A stretch of DNA of 64,000 nucleotides from positions 150,538,001-150,602,000 of the forward strand of contig CM059431.1 of assembly GCA_030390025.1 (NCBI GenBank). The letters run 5' to 3'. The notes beneath the pieces were generated by a model. It saw only the letters and a program-made list of their open reading frames with translations. It was not told where the DNA came from and made no database searches. The first letter of the stretch is position 1. Every line of letters begins with the position of its first letter. Position numbers and translations under genes: made by a program. The stretch comes from Squalus acanthias (lineage: Eukaryota). This document shows, one piece after another, positions 63,846 through 64,000 of the stretch.

Positions 63846-64000
63846 TTACCCTGCTGGCAATTGTCATCTTATGGAGAGGAAAGTGCGGTCTATCCAAATG
63901 CGTCACTCGCTACCTGGTGGCCATGGGAATAGCAGATCTGACCATCGTTATCCTTTATGTAATACTGTGGCAGATTAATCGTATTTACTTCTTCTTTACT
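63846..64000 (+). CDS. GPR139-like class A GPCR, gene 4, start of coding exon 2 (continues past the window end)
   Basis: Acceptor CTCTCATTCTCACAG|TT at 63845/63846, phase 1. Reads (V)TLLAIVILWRGKCGLSKCVTRYLVAMGIADLTIVILYVILWQINRIYFFFT with no stop. Confidence 0.88.

Overview
Vertebrate genomic DNA, most likely from a cartilaginous fish. This is inferred from an HE1/V-SINE, Deu-domain SINEs and dense CR1 LINEs with SGNH-esterase ORF1. The genic content is a tandem cluster of two-exon class A GPCRs resembling the 'GPR139-like' receptors. Two copies look intact on + (2889-5422 and 21841-23636), one inverted copy is a pseudogene (19180-17390), and a more divergent fourth gene starts at 61672 and runs off the window. 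All four share a 70-nt first coding exon and a phase-1 intron that the ORF track misses. Both intact genes have a ~1.8-kb array of a 26-bp repeat directly upstream of a shared CCAAT/TATA promoter. Four decayed tRNA genes lie inside the cluster. The window also holds an orphan C-terminal half of a GCNT-type (GT14) glycosyltransferase, an ERV-like LTR with an Arg primer-binding site, and a Penelope fragment with a minimal hammerhead ribozyme. Most remaining sequence is nested CR1, L2, SINE, MITE and microsatellite DNA. All calls were made by eye; repeat boundaries are approximate and no database search was run.
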